A stretch of DNA of 63,065 nucleotides, filler included, from Polymyxa betae A26-41 (GCA_003693705.1; 8 parts of 8 records of this genome joined end to end with filler, not necessarily neighbours in it); one strand, 5' to 3'. Positions 49,653 to 63,065 are shown, numbered from the whole stretch's first letter. The notes: a model not told the origin generated them from the letters alone. A program made the numbers and translations.

Positions 49653-52600
49653 TTAAAGAGATGGGCCCTTCTTCGTCACGTCCATGGACTTTACTGATGA
49701 CTTCTGCTTCTGATTCAAATCGGTATGAGTCGTAACATCATGATCGTCTCGCAACGTTTCTCTTCGCACGCCGCGTTTCGCTTCAGATTCGACCACGGTA
49801 CCGTTGCCGTTGAAATCTTCGAACTTCTGCTTGGTTTTTGCGACGTCTTTATCGAGGGTCGCTCCGCGGCTTCCGTCGGCGCTCTCGACGGACCCCGATT
49901 CCAATAAACGCGAATCTTTGCTCACGTCGAACTCGCCGTTGTTATCGCCGTTCTTGAACACGTCCTTCGTGTGCTTATCTTTGGCCTCGAGACGGTCAGC
50001 ATCGATACGACCTTTGGTCGGCGACTTGGCAGTTAGCGAATCCGCGTCAATCACTTGCGTTGATTCCTCAATGTTACCTAGTTCGACTTAGCGCCGACAA
50101 AAATGTAAAATAAACATCACGAAAGGAGAACGATATTTTTGGAAAAAGAAGAGAACACTTAAGAAAGCAAACTGTTGTTAACAAGTGAGAACTTTCGAAA
50201 GAAGTTAGATAAAAAGTGTTGTTAAGAAGAACAGTAATAGTGAAAACTTAACAAAATAGCGACAAATGAAGAGAAGCAGTAAGCCCTAGACATACCCTGA
50301 GCGGCGGCATTGGGACCGAATCGTTCGACCTTCACTTTACGTTTCGCAACGACTTCGCCGGCATCAACCGTAGACGGTTCTGGCTCTGGCTTTCCATGAG
50401 CTGTGAACACCGCCACCGTGGCATGCTCGGGCATTAAACCGCCGTTCGCATCGGCGGCAGCCGAGTCGTACTTGGTCGCCGCCAGACGCAGCTCCTTATC
50501 GTCAGGGATGGCATCAGGACGCAAAACTTTGTGCTCTTTGGTGCCGTCGATCTCGATTGTCTCCGTCGTTCGGTTCAAGACAGTCGGATTCGGGTTGGGA
50601 GTTGGAGGAGCGGGCGTCGGAGCTGGCGTCGGAGCTGGGGTGGGAGCTGGAGTTGGAGCTGGCGTCGGAGCTGGAGTTGGAGCTGGCGTCGGCTCGGGAG
50701 TCGGAGCAGGCGTTGGGGCCGGAGTGGGCGCCGGTGTAACGTTGTTGACTGTGTTGGTAACGTTTTCGACATTGTTGACGTTGGTCGTGTTGTTGGTGAC
50801 GGCCGTGTTCTGATTGACGTTGTTCGTGGTCACCGTATTGCTGGTGTTGTTCGTGTTACTGTTCACGTTACTGTTCGTCGTGGTGCTGTCCGTGGGCGGT
50901 GTTGGCATTAACACCGGAGCCGGAGTTGGTGACGGCACAGGCGATGGTGTAATTGGAGCCGGGGACGACACAATGTCAACTGTAAGGAAAAAGACGTTAA
51001 GCTGAGTTTGAAGAATTTTGAGACAGAAACGATTACATTATACAAATGCCGTAATAAACACAGAAATCACGTTGAAAACATGGCAAAAATCATCAAATGG
51101 GAATTTTTCGAAGAATCGAAAATGCCGATAAATGCGAATTGGAATAGGAAAAAAGTGGAAGATATAAAAGGCGGCAGAGGAACACGAAAATGTTCAAGTA
51201 GCAAAAATGCGGAAGTATCGTTGAAAACGTGAGAAATCATGAAAGAATGAGAAGTCAAGCGAAATGCGAAAAAAGTAATAAGTGAGCACAGTGCGTAAAA
51301 CGAAAGCTGAAAAGCAAAATGTGCGTTTACCAGTATTGCGATTGTTGTTGTTCACGTTGTTGTTCATGTTATTGTTGTTGTTGAAGACATTGAAGTTACT
51401 AACAGGGCCGGGGCCTCCCATTATATTGCTCTCAGTGTCTGCACTGTTAGTAGTGATCTCATTGAGGAAGTTCCCGGAGATAGTAACAGGCGTAACAGGG
51501 GCTGGCATAACAGGTGTAACAACAACGGGGGTAATAGGGGCAGCGACCGGTGTAACAGGAACAGCAGCCGGCGTAACACCATCAAATCCGTTGGGTAACG
51601 TTACCGGCACGTTACCATCAGTAATCGGCAGAGTAACAGGCACAGTCGCGGGGCCGTTGTTGACGTTACTGGGCACAGCAATAGTAACCGTACTGGGCGC
51701 ATTGATCGTCGTCGTACTCGGGGCGTTGATCGCCGTCGAACTGGGCGCGTTTACGATACTGGTGCTGGGGTTGTTTACGATACTGTTGCTGATCGTGTTA
51801 GAGTTACTGTTACTAGGTGCATTCATAGTGTTACTGATAACAGTGGCCTGATTGACGGTATTAGTGGACGTATCAATAGTAAGACGGAGTGGCTGCTTCA
51901 TAGTAGCCAATGGGGAGTCAGCTGGGACAGAAACCCACATACGGCGTACTGGACCACGGACCAGACGGAACGGACCACTTCCTGACGGGGGTCGGACGGG
52001 ACGAACAGGGCCGCGTCCAGGACCGGAGGCCGGATTCTTCGGAGATCCGACCAGGACCAGGTTCCTCGGAGATGATGGCGAACGTCGTGGCGGCGCACCT
52101 CCTCCGACCACAACGATAGGGTCCGCTGGGGTCAACAACACGGGGTCGCCGGAAACGGGGCGTACTGGACCACCACCAACGGGTCCAGCTGGAGTCGCCA
52201 GGCTTATTGATGGGTCAGTGGGGTTTTGGACCGACAGTCGTACTGGTCCAACAGGGCCAGCGGGAGCCGCCGCCTTCGACGCGGGATCGAATGGGTCGGC
52301 GCCAGCGGTGCGTACTGCCCCGAGGTCAGATGGAGTCGACAGTCGCAATAATGGATCAGCGTGGACAGGAGCACTAGGTGGTACTGGCCCTGGTCCCGAT
52401 GACGACGACACATTCGACGGATCGGCGGATGACGGGTCGGCGGCAGATGGCGGCCTCTGCGGACCAGGACGACCGGGTAGAGGACCCGAGCCAGGCAGTG
52501 ATACTGGCCCGACCGCGGGTTCCGGCGTTATCGGTTGCGGACGTGATCGCGGCAATCCTGGAGTGGCGGAACGATCCGGAGACCCACCACGACGATCGCC

Positions 52601-53278
52601 TGGGACGCTGAAGCTGCCCGGGACGGGCGGACGTACTGGACCATCCGTAGGCGGCGTGGCCGGCGATGGGATCGCGAACTCGGCCGGCGCCGGCGCTCTC
52701 GTGGCCGGGACGTTCATAACGGGAGAGGGTGTCCCTGGTCCGGACGGAGTCGAACCAGTTGACGACGGGTCGCCCATCATCGGCCCGGGAGGCAGTACGG
52801 CCGAGGGTCGTGCTGGCCCCGGGACGAAATAAGAACGTCCGGTTGGAGTGCTGCTGGTGGTCGGGTCGGACTTGCTGGGGTCCGATTGAGTCGTCCCTGC
52901 GGGCGACGGGTCTGTCGCGCGTAACGTGCTCTGGCTGGTGCCGGCATTGTTAACGTTACTGCTGGAGGTAACGTTATTCACGTTGGTCATCGACGTGTTC
53001 GATAGCAGCTGGTTGCTGACGGTGTTCACATCGCCCATGAACGTCGCGCCGCCGGGAGCGGTAACGGACCCGGGCGTACTCGCCCCATTGGACGATGCGG
53101 TTTGCGTAGCGCCGTTGTTATTGCTACCGTTAAGTCCGAACGTGGTCGTGACAATAATCTTCTTCTTGACGATGCGGTCGTTATCGACCGCCGTCTTGCT
53201 ATTGGCGTCTTCCGACTGCGGCAACTGAGCCAGTACGATGCCGATTAGTAGCAGTAATAAAAAAGCATAGCGCATCAT
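49653..53278 (-). CDS. Secreted Pro/Thr/Ser/Asn-rich mucin-like protein; exons 53278-51331, 50979-50296, 50077-49653
   Basis: Signal peptide [18 protein letters not shown]; two phase-1 GT-AG introns give a continuous frame; (PAPT)n tract, GPVR repeats, N/T/V-rich segments, charged C-terminus. Confidence 0.85.
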
Positions 53279-54139
53279 TGGGGGATGATTCGAGAGGGAA
53301 AAGAAGCGAGAATTATTTCTCGACGTTCAATAAAGAAATCAAATAGGAATGTGACCAATGGTCGGACTCATACATGGTGACGTCATCATACAGAACACAT
53401 GACTCGGCAATGACTCAGGCCCAAACCCTAAACCCTAGGGAATCCACTACTGTCAGCGATAATCACCTCCAATTCACCTTAACCAACCATATCATAATGA
53501 AGTCAATCAAGTGTGGAGAATTTATAGCTGCATTGGTGTTACTAGTGTAGCAACATTGCTGAAACATAAAATCATAGATTATCCTGATGTTGAAATGTTC
53601 CGAGCTGTCATCTATCAATTTATAAAATAATTGTGAAATTATATCGCTTATCAGTTACCACCCATAATCGGCTCTCAATTAAATTCCAGGCAGATTTGGT
53701 TCTTTTGAATGAAACAAATGAGACTGAAGAGTAGAGCAGAAACATTGTATGATGATCAAAAATAATTCACCAATAATCATACAAAGGAACGCATCTTATT
53801 CAGAGAAGGAAAGCATCTTGATTTGCAAAAGAGAGTCGTCCTAAGACTAAGGTTATTACTTCTAACAGGATTGAAACTGTACCTGAAATTTACACAAAAT
53901 TTGAAAGAAACATCTCAAGAACAGAAATGCACGAAAGATCGACTTTTAGCCTTACAGTGGCAGGGACCATAGTGCATACCGGAACCGCTATTGAGCGTGC
54001 TCGGCCAGAGGCGCTTTCTAAACCAGATCGTGATGACGTCTAGGCCTCAGCCGAGACGAGATAATGACGATACCTGAGTGTCAGCGAACGCCGCAGCCCA
54101 ACGAGCTGCGATCTGAGTGCGATAACAGCTTGATCGAAA

Positions 54140-54505
54140 TGTAGAATTTTAACTCTGATCTGAGCAACGGGAAATTTGCTCCACTGGCGCAGTTTCTTGA
54201 TCGTTGTGCAAATTTCAAATGCTGAATGATTTCAATTTTAGCAGACGCAGTTTTTTCGACAAAAGTTCGCATTTTAAAGGGGCTTTATGACATTCATCAT
54301 GAATGATATCCATCGCCGATGATTTCGTAAGCAGTCTTTCTCTCAGTCTTCTGAGTTTATACAAGTTCGAGCAGCCTGAATAGAAATGTTGAATTTATAA
54401 CTCTGATCTGAGCTATGGGAAACCAACCTTTTGCGCCACAGGAGCAGTTCTTGATCGTAGTGCAAATTTCAAAAGCTGAATGATTTCGATTAACAGACGC
54501 ATTTC
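54140..54505. repeat. Imperfect direct repeat pair (~110 bp)
   Basis: AACTCTGATCTGAGC...CTTGATCG.GTGCAAATTTCAAA.GCTGAATGATTTC...CAGACGCA at ~54150 and ~54400. Confidence 0.7.
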
Positions 54506-54506
54506 T

Positions 54507-55636
54507 CAGCGTATTGCTATGGATACTGTTTGTCTATGATATCCCTCTGAATCCAGAAATGGCGAACACTTATGTAGACGATACAGTAGGCTGGGCAATA
54601 GGATATGATAAGATCGACGTGGGAAAACAGCTAAAACGCAGCTGAAAAAAATGATTAGTTGGTGCGAGAAAAACAAGATCAAAATCAATGCAGATAAGAC
54701 ACATATCATATACAATGAGTACAATAAGAAGGACAGCATACAAAGTGGAAACATGATCATAAAAGCCACAGATTCCATTCGATATCTGGGAGCACAGCTG
54801 GTTGCTAACAAAGCGACAAACAAATCCACATTCCTGATAGGCACAGAGAAAGTAGCACAAGACATCATCAAAAGGTGTCAATACATCAAACGGCTGCGAA
54901 AATATAGACTCCCTGAAAAAATCTTTCGCCAAGCCTGTCATGCCTTTATAGGAGGAATATTAAACTTTTACACACCATGGATTGGAGCTGAAACCACGAT
55001 CAAGAGCACGATACGACCGTTAGAACTCGCATATCATGAATATATGAGAACATACTCTGGATGTATGAGATCAACTCCAATTGCACTTTTACATGCAACC
55101 TCAAAATTCCCTTCGCTGAAAGCTAAAATCATTACAGATTCCGCACTAACAGTCCTGAAGGCAGAAGCTCAGGGCAATCTATTAGGAGACGACTATAGAA
55201 AATGGGACGAACAAGGATGTGCAGCTGATGGATGGACCCCTTTTGGACTTGTCAGAAAAGCTGTAGAAGTTACAGCAAAGAGATATAGCGCTCATATCCA
55301 CTCACAAATAATAGTGAAATCCTATATACTAGAACAACTTGCAAAATGTAAATTTTACATGAGTTCCAGAGCAGAAGCATTAGAAAAACAAGAGAACGCC
55401 CAATTGATTCCCTCAAATCCCGATATTTCACTATGGACAGACGGAAGTTTCAACAAAGACAGTGTAAATACGGAGTACAGAACAAGTGGAGCTGCTTCAA
55501 TACTACACATCTCGGACCCAGATCCACACAGTACAATATTTGAACTTGAGATCCACACCTCAATACAGATAGAACATGTGACGTCAAGCTATGAAGCAGA
55601 AATCATCGCATTACAATCTGGCATTACCTCACTACT
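54507..55636 (+). mobile_element. 5'-truncated non-LTR retrotransposon (LINE): RT C-terminal half plus RNase H
   Basis: YVDD at 54571-54582, W...NKIKINADKT, IRYLG, G.MRSTPIALL, RNase H WTDGS and SSYEAEIIAL. Confidence 0.92.
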
Positions 55637-55959
55637 NNNNNNNNNNNNNNNNNNNNNNNNNNNNNNNNNNNNNNNNNNNNTTAATTAATTAANNNNNNNN
55701 NNNNNNNNNNNNNNNNNNNNNNNNNNNNNNNNNNNNTGATTCTCACAGGTTCGGCCTGGATCGCCAGATGCAACTCCAACGATGTCGATGACCTCGCCTG
55801 GCTGGTGCTGATGGAGGCCCCTCACCATCACAGAAAAAGACAAAGGTTGACAATCTATACATCAATCGACTCGGCTTGACGTGGCCTACGCAGATATTTC
55901 ATTTGCGCCAATATAAATGTCCTCACAAAAGAAATATTATAAAATATACATCAATTTTC

Positions 55960-56010
55960 ACTGGGGGGTACAAAGTCCCGTAGTGTACAAAGTCCCGCAC
56001 TATACGGTAG
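55960..56010. mobile_element. Possible Tc1/mariner-pogo-type terminal repeat
   Basis: Duplicated GTACAAAGTCCCG motif ending CACTATACGGTA (TA-ending terminus); partner end not found. Confidence 0.35.
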
Positions 56011-58415
56011 GCTGACGTTTATACTTCTTGTTGGCGATGAAGCGATTCATCTCCTCATAACAATAGTTCTGGTGATCGATTCGTAGCACAAAACCCTCGC
56101 CTTGAACGAGTCCAGGATTTCAGGCGATTCGCTGAGGACTCCGATTCGGAGTAGTGAGAGATGTGTGAGCGCAACCCTACGGAATACGAGAGCTGACAAG
56201 GGGTGACATGCAAGAAACAATTTCTGCGTAGTGCACTGAGCAAAATTGGGTGCGGCAATTTCGTCGAGCTCGTTCTAAGAAGGGATGTTCTGCCAACGAT
56301 GTGGGATGCCAGACGGGCTTTTCCAACAGTCCATCAAAGAGCAACCTCGAAAATCGGCTCCGAGTAACGGCGACGTTGTGGCCGTCCGGCTACGATTAAT
56401 CCTGCTGCCATGCAATGCGCGGGGATTCGCTTGGTCATTTCGATACTCGGATATTTCTGTATTGAACTATGATACCTCGGAAGCGAAAACCTATTATCGA
56501 CATGATTTGCGATGCTGTTTAACCTCTACCCTGCGCTCATTGCAATTCCTTTGTTTATCAGATTGGTCAATTTTTTCCCTCTGCTTTATCATCTTTTTTC
56601 CGTTATCCGAATTGGGAAATTTCGAAGAAGCTTCAGGTTTATAAAAATCATGACGTTCTCGCCTTCCATCTGTTGACGGACACAATTGTGCAGACGTCGG
56701 CCATGGAAACTTGCCAGGTCCGCAATACTATGCGAGCCTCTGATTGCTGTCACCCCTAAGTATCAAGACAATTCATTTCACGAATGAGTTCGATCGATAA
56801 AATCGCCTTTAATCAGCTGTGTAACCGTTTGAAAATGAATTGGAAAATTATTTTTAGCAGCTTTAAAACAAAAAGTATTTTTTCTTTCGTCATTTCTGTT
56901 TTCAAAAGGCTACGTGATTGCAGTTTTAAACAATTCCGTATAGGCATTATATTCAATTAACGTATGGGATAAAACAATAAAGCACGCCTTCTTTCAGCTA
57001 CTGTATTTGCACAGGCTACACTGCCAATGCTGCAGCTGCGAGAGGCAGCATTTACGGGACGCTCTGTTTTTCTTGGGGGTCATGACGTTTGTCTGACCAT
57101 CACGTAATATGGATGTCCCTGCTAGTAGTGTCTGGCACATTGATAATCCTAGAAACTTCTTGAGTTATCATCGGATGAACTCCGATTGAATGTGACGCCT
57201 AAAGCTTCGATGCTTCCATTGATTGTTCTACACCCAATTCTGTATCGGAACTTCTTCGTCTCGTTATATGACCTTGATGCATTATCACGTTGCCTGAACA
57301 TTGAGAATTGACAAGATGCGTTTCCTATTGTATAACCGAATCGTCAGGTATGAGCTGTCTCTGGTGAGAATCACGACATCATTTATCGTATGATCCAATC
57401 GCTTTTCGGACATTTTGTCTTTACCTGCTGATCCAACTGAATCTTCGCTGGAAAATAATTCTCATGACGTCATATTCTCTGTCGTGTTGCTGAAGATACT
57501 TTGGTGAAACGATCAGCTCCTCTCAAGTATGGTGTTGGGGGTCTTCTTGCTGATGACAATTACTGTTATCAAGGAATCACAGATACCGTAGTTGCTATAA
57601 CGATCGAGCCTAGAAGAGATCCCGACGGCAACGCACAATTCTGTCCGTCGACGGATGGAAGGCTGCGCATACGTCGACAGACAGACACCCTTTCCCGACA
57701 GTGTTGGGGCCAAGCGGTGCGGCCTCAAGCCAATCCCGTGATTGTGTCTATTATGGACAGGGATCACTGGCTGGAGCTGTCCGACCACTGAAACTCACCC
57801 AGCTTGAGTTCTTTTATCCACGATATCAAATTTGCCAAATATTTTATGTGTTTTGAACTCGATAGTGGCTTTGTTACAAGTGGCCCCTGGAATAGGCTAA
57901 ATTGCATTTTCACTCAGCCACGTCCAAGAACGGGATTTGCTTGTCACTGACAGCGCTGAATATCTCCGTGACTGACTTTTCGTAACTGTTGCTTGGCATG
58001 CTTCCACAGAGCGGCCTCTGATTAATCTCCGAATACGTTTATTTTCATTGCTCTAATGCTCTGTAAAAGTCTTTAAATGATGCGGAAGCCGGTTTCGTAT
58101 TCGAGAACGCGTTTAATACCAATTCAGAGTTGAATAGAATTGTGTTTTTCTTTTGGAAACCGGAGGCTTTTTTGTTTGTTGTGAGAATATGGAGAGACTG
58201 TTCCAAGGATCAGGCGTGACATCACACGGCTCTCATGCGTGAGTCGCGTGAGCCGCCTATCACAGCTGATGTCGAGGCCGTGATGATCAGTATTGAATAC
58301 AATTGAAAGTGCCCTAAATACTGAACATCACATTCCGTAGAATCAGAGACAGCGGGTACGGGTTGAGAAAGAGCGAATCAAAAAGGAGAAACAAACTGCA
58401 TACAACAAAAAGCGA

Positions 58416-58889
58416 TGGCTGGAATTGAAAGAAGGCCAAAAGTTATTCAAAGCGAAGCAAGAGCAAGAACAAAAAGAGCTCGAACACGCTGAGCTTGTTC
58501 GTCTTGAACACGAGAACAACGACCTCCGCGAGCGTGAGAAACAAAAGGACGCTCAACTGGATGAAACTTGGCAACTACTGGAGCAGACAAATGGCATCTG
58601 CTGCCCAGAACGAGATATTATGGAATTCCGTAGGCAGCTGAATGAAAAAATTCGCGAAGAGGATGTGGCTCGTCTCCGGACCCAGCAGGCAGTGCTGACG
58701 TTAATATCGGGGACGAATTCGGCGCCGCCCTCCGACGTCCTGGTCCAGTTCATGGAACATCAAAAATCGAAACAGCGCGACCGGAGAGCAGATGACGAGA
58801 TTTGCGTGCCGAGGCGTCGAAAGCGGGAAGAGCCCCCGGCGAGATCGGATGGGCTACCGCCGGCCGGCTGTCGTACCAGCGACTCGTAG
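58416..58889 (+). CDS. Hypothetical charged coiled-coil protein
   Basis: E/Q/K/R-rich open frame; start uncertain. Confidence 0.35.
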   Translation, partial: WLELKEGQKLFKAKQEQEQKELEHAELVRLEHENNDLREREKQKDAQLDETWQLLEQTNGICCPERDIMEFRRQLNEKIREEDVARLRTQQAVLTLISGTNSAPPSDVLVQFMEHQKSKQRDRRADDEICVPRRRKREEPPARSDGLPPAGCRTSDS

Positions 58890-59623
58890 TGTGAATGGAG
58901 AATGCCGAGCTCAGCGCAGCCTTTTGTCTCTTATAAAAAAAATGATTTCAATCCATCTTTTGTTGGATTTTTTATAAAAAAACAGAGTCTAAAATCAGCG
59001 GCTCAATACATTAGAAAACAGTTTTATTGCGATGACAGTTCGTTTCAGGATGGTCTGATTTTGTGAGAATGATTAGAAGCTGTATAGGCTGTCGATCGTC
59101 ATTACGTATCACCTGTTGACGGAAATCCGATTTGCCGGCGGGACAGAGTGCGATCCGATTAACGAGCTCCGATTATCTTCTCATAAAACAAAAACATCAG
59201 CGAACAGGACACACTCGAGCNNNNNNNNNNNNNNNNNNNNNNNNNNNNNNNNNNNNNNNNNNNNTTAATTAATTAANNNNNNNNNNNNNNNNNNNNNNNN
59301 NNNNNNNNNNNNNNNNNNNNTTAAAAGTGTTAGAAAACAGGTTAATAATCAGAGAAATTATTATATTCAAAATTGATAATTATATATTTATTTGGGGGTG
59401 TTTAACTGGGATAATCTCGGTTGGGCACCCCTTTTTTACATGTGGTTATATGAATTAAATTAAAGTGGGGATTTTGGGGGGCGCGCAGATTTATTTGCGC
59501 GCAGTTATAGGAGTAAATTACGGATTGATTGCGGATTAATGCGGGTGATTGATTGATATTTTCAAAAAATATTTCAAAAAAATCGGGATTAATCCTTAAA
59601 ATCATTACAGATTAATCTCCCCA

Positions 59624-59773
59624 GAGTTGCCACCCATACCATACATTATAAGACCCTATAACGTGTCATTTTTGAAAATTTTTCAAAAATGACACGTTAT
59701 AGGGTCTTATAATGTATGGTTTCAAAAATGACACGTTATAGGGTCTTATAATGTATGGTATGGGTGGCAACTC
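59624..59773. mobile_element. Palindromic MITE-like element with internal duplication
   Basis: GAGTTGCCACCCATACCATACATTATAAGACCCTATAACGTGTCATTTTTGAAA is mirrored at the right end (...TATGGGTGGCAACTC), with ~40 bp of the right arm duplicated. Confidence 0.8.
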
Positions 59774-62200
59774 CGATTCCACTCATGGATCTTGATAAGC
59801 CGGTAGCTCAACAGAGACATGAACCGTTGGGGTTTTGTGGACATAAATTCTCAGGTGCTCAATTGAATTGGTCAATTGTTGAGAAAGAAGGATTTGCAGT
59901 AGTTGATGCGTTGAATAAGCTTGATTACTTGCTAATGAACGACAGACCGTTTAGATTATTTGTTGATCACAAGAACTTAACACAGATTTTTTCACCAAAT
60001 AGTGTTTCGAAGCCAGTGGCTCAGAAGCTACAGCGTTGGGCTCTAGAAATTCAGAAATTTAATTATGAGATACATTACATTAAGGGTGAAGATAACGTTT
60101 GGTCAGACTTAATGACTCGTTGGGGCGCGGCTGTATCACCTAGTGTTGTTAAAGTTCAGGCACTTAGAGTTGCTTCCTCTAATGCTTTGAAAGATATTCC
60201 AGTTGAATATAGGATAAGACCACTTCATAAAAAAGATTTTATCTGGCTTTCAGTAGATGAGATTCGAAAGGCTCAGCAAGAATATTTACAATCAGCATTA
60301 TACGTCAATAATGACAATTTAAAAGTGAGCAAAACGGGCAAAATAAAGATTCCTTTAGAAGCCACAGATCTTAGGATACGACTATGTATAATGGCTCATG
60401 CAGGAGGCAACAATGGACATATAGGCTATCAGGCAGCTTCTGCAAAGTTGGCAGAATATTTTTACTGGCCAAATATGCAAACCGATATGAGAAAATTATG
60501 CAATAGTTGCTTACATTGCTTACCTACTAGAGGTGGTACACGAATACCTAGGCCTTTTGGAGAAGCTGTTCATGGGCAATATCCCAATCAAGTTGTACAT
60601 TTGGATTGGATATATATTATGCCAGCTGAAAAAAAAGGGTTCGCATAAATTTCAGTGGAGTCTCATTTTACGAGATGATCTATCAGGCAATATCAGGGTA
60701 ACCCCAGCAGCAATATCAGATAGTATAGTCACAGTAGATGCTTTGATGGATTGGAGAGCTTCATCAAGAACTCCTGAAGTCATCGTGACTGATATGGCAT
60801 CTTATTTTATGTCTGAAGTTATGAAGGATTTTGAACAGAGGTGTAATATGAAGCATCATTTTACAGTGGCTTATGGTCATTATAGCAATGGTTCCATAGA
60901 GATTATTAACAGGCAATATTTAGCTCTAATCCGATCTTTAATATCAGAGCTGCATTGGAATAACAATGATTGGCCGTGGCTTAATAAGAATATAGAGCAT
61001 ACTTTGAATCATCGCCCTCAGTCTAGATTAGGTGGTAAGGCGCCAGTCACTGTATTCACAGGTCAGTGCCCAGATAATCCACTAAATCAGATTTTCGGAA
61101 ATATAAAGCAAGGCTCAATAAAATATGTTCAAGTCCCACTGGATAAGATACTACAGGATGTGGAAAAATTAGAAAATTCCCTGGCACAGATGCATAGGCG
61201 AATAGAAAGTATTTCCAAGGATCAACGTCGGAAAAAACGTATCCAATCTCGAATATTTAGAAGAGAGCCTAACTTTCCTGTTGGGGATTATGTCTTGGTT
61301 GGAGATTCAGATCCTGTAAGGAGACCTGGTAAGAAGTTGCATTTGTTCTGGAAGGGTCCATTTCATGTGACAGATACTTTAAATAATTATATTTTTGAAG
61401 TCGAAAATATTGTCAATCACACAAAACGCATTCTACATGGGGATAGAATAAAATATTATGATGATAATGAGTTAGAAATAACTCAAGAAATCAAGGATCA
61501 ATTCACATATGATAGTGCCAGCTACGAGGTTGAGCAATTTAGAGATTGCCACCTAAATCCAGAAGCACAGCAGATAGAGCAGTTGGTAGACTGGAAAGGA
61601 TTTTCTCAGACAGAAAGTACTTGGGAACCATTAGAAAATCTTTGGAAAGATGTTCCTAACTTGGTACAACGTTACCATAGAGAGTTGAAACTTTCAGGAC
61701 ATGAGTTGGCTGATTTGGTTATTGAAGAGATTAAGAAGTGGACTTTACATTGAATAGTATGGCTTTTTCCATTCTCTCGCCTGATGGTTTTTTAATGCCG
61801 CTATGCCATGTGATTCCGAGATGCTTCTTTCACGGACTGGTTTTTAGGGAGGGAAGTGTATCAATATTTACGCTATATATTGATTAGTAACGCAGTATTT
61901 AACTGATGATGACTGCTAACCTCCGGTTCCGATGAATATAGGCTCCGATGCATATTCAACTCCGATGAACTGGACAGCCTCCGAGCCTTCTCCGATTCTA
62001 TATTTAAGGGCTTGTAATCTATCTAATATAATGATTCTGCAATCATCTTTGCAATCTCAACATCAGCAGTTAGTAGATTGCCTCAAATACCAGACCCAAG
62101 TATTCTTTGAACTCCGTGACTTTGTGCTTCGTGTTGAGCGGAATATGGATACGAGGTTTAGGGATTGCAGAGTGGAGCAAAGCCTCACAAACATGACACA
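59774..62200 (+). mobile_element. Ty3/gypsy chromovirus, 5'-truncated: RNase H-integrase-chromodomain (to 61753), PPT 61846-61856, putative 3' LTR 61857-62200
   Basis: NWSIVEKEGFA, FVDHKNL, KLQRWAL, NVWSDLMTR, HHCC zinc finger, HLDW, VIVTD, SNGSIE, WKGPF, chromodomain LVDWKGF..STWEP; AGGGAGGGAAG then TGTATCA...TGACACA; single frameshift in the A8 run at 60629-60636. Confidence 0.93.
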
Positions 62201-63065
62201 TTGGAATTGGTTTACTGCCCTGAGACAGATCGTACTTTGAAGAAACTATCCCAATTCCCCGTTCGTCCCGATACGTGGCCCTTTGGATTGCATGGCCAAG
62301 AGCACGCAAAGAATTATCTGCTTTTTCAGCTGTGATTCAGACGGATCACAGCCAAGATCGACAAATTTCCTGAGAACAGGGCCATTCTCTTTGTTCTACT
62401 GTATTTCGGCAGAACTTTTGTTTTGTTAGGGCACCTTGCAGCCTCCAAGTAGATGTAGTTGTTGCTGAGAGCTTTATCCTGATCAACCGTACTCGTTCGG
62501 ATCGTTAAAGCCACAAAGTCTTGATCAATGTGGTCAATGAGCTCAGAATCCTTGCCACTATCCAATGCGAAAGTATTGTTGCTGGGCTTCCACTCCAAAT
62601 TGTGAAAACTTGCAGATACGGATTCATGGCCTCTTGATGACAGGTCAATGCTCAGATCGATATCATTGTCCTTATCGTCTTATCGATGTCGCCATTCCCA
62701 GTGGTCTCGTGGTCTATATCGCTATAGCTATCGCCAACTTCAATTTCTAGAGCGGTGCCAAAGTTAGGGCTGTGGCAGCTGATCATGGGTGGCGTTGACA
62801 TCTTTCAAGTTTGAGGCCTTTAGAACTGAATTACCAACCAGGTCTATCGTGACGGACTGCGAACGGGTCACGAGAAGCTGCAATTTGGTAAAAGGAGCCA
62901 GGATTAATCTGTCCCATTCAGGCAAGTAAAGGAAAAATTTCCGTGCGATGTCTAGTTGACGATGCCGTGGTTTGGGAAGATTGCGAGATCAAAGCGAGAT
63001 TCGCAGATTTTATTCGTCTAAAATCCTATAGGAAAATGACAGAACGTTAGTAGAATAGTTTTGCG

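Noticed and set aside
50403-53228. Long Gly/Val/Thr-rich + strand ORFs
   Set aside because: Antisense shadows of the low-complexity secreted protein
60629-60640. Programmed -1 frameshift
   Set aside because: Lies mid-integrase rather than at gag-pol and needs a +1 correction; a homopolymer indel is simpler
56000-63065. Fanzor/TnpB or other RNA-guided nuclease near transposon ends
   Set aside because: No RuvC-type motifs or zinc finger recognisable in the ORFs here or elsewhere in the window; a profile HMM search would be needed to exclude degenerate copies

Overview
Eukaryotic genomic DNA from a draft assembly, not a prokaryote. Eight contigs are joined by an artificial 100-nt linker (44 N + TTAATTAATTAA + 44 N), so gene order across linkers is not biological. 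Genes have mostly ~50-nt GT-AG introns, there is a flagellar kinesin-II subunit (KAP3), mixed CCCTAA/CCCTAAA telomere-type repeats, and ankyrin, Crinkler-like and expansin-like genes. This suggests a zoosporic plant-parasitic protist such as a plasmodiophorid (inference only). Contig 1 (1-19258) is gene-dense: intronless bacterial-style Nudix hydrolase, coiled-coil ORF, secreted expansin-like protein, Glk-type glucokinase, WS/DGAT, PI-phospholipase C, NagA and an ankyrin protein. The rest is largely transposon-derived (two Harbinger remnants, Copia RT fragment, CACTA-like element, LINE RT-RNase H, Ty3/gypsy chromovirus, MITE-like foldbacks), plus KAP3, an RPEL+RCC1 gene and a secreted mucin-like gene. 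Most interesting: a tRNA-headed SINE family with (CCAAT)n tails and target-site duplications; a ~168-bp tandem array inside the CACTA-like element whose units each read as a non-frame-preserving exon plus ~100-nt intron, antisense to the transposase; an RPEL-RCC1 fusion; telomere-like repeats at intron branch-point positions; and a candidate telomere-attached retroelement end.
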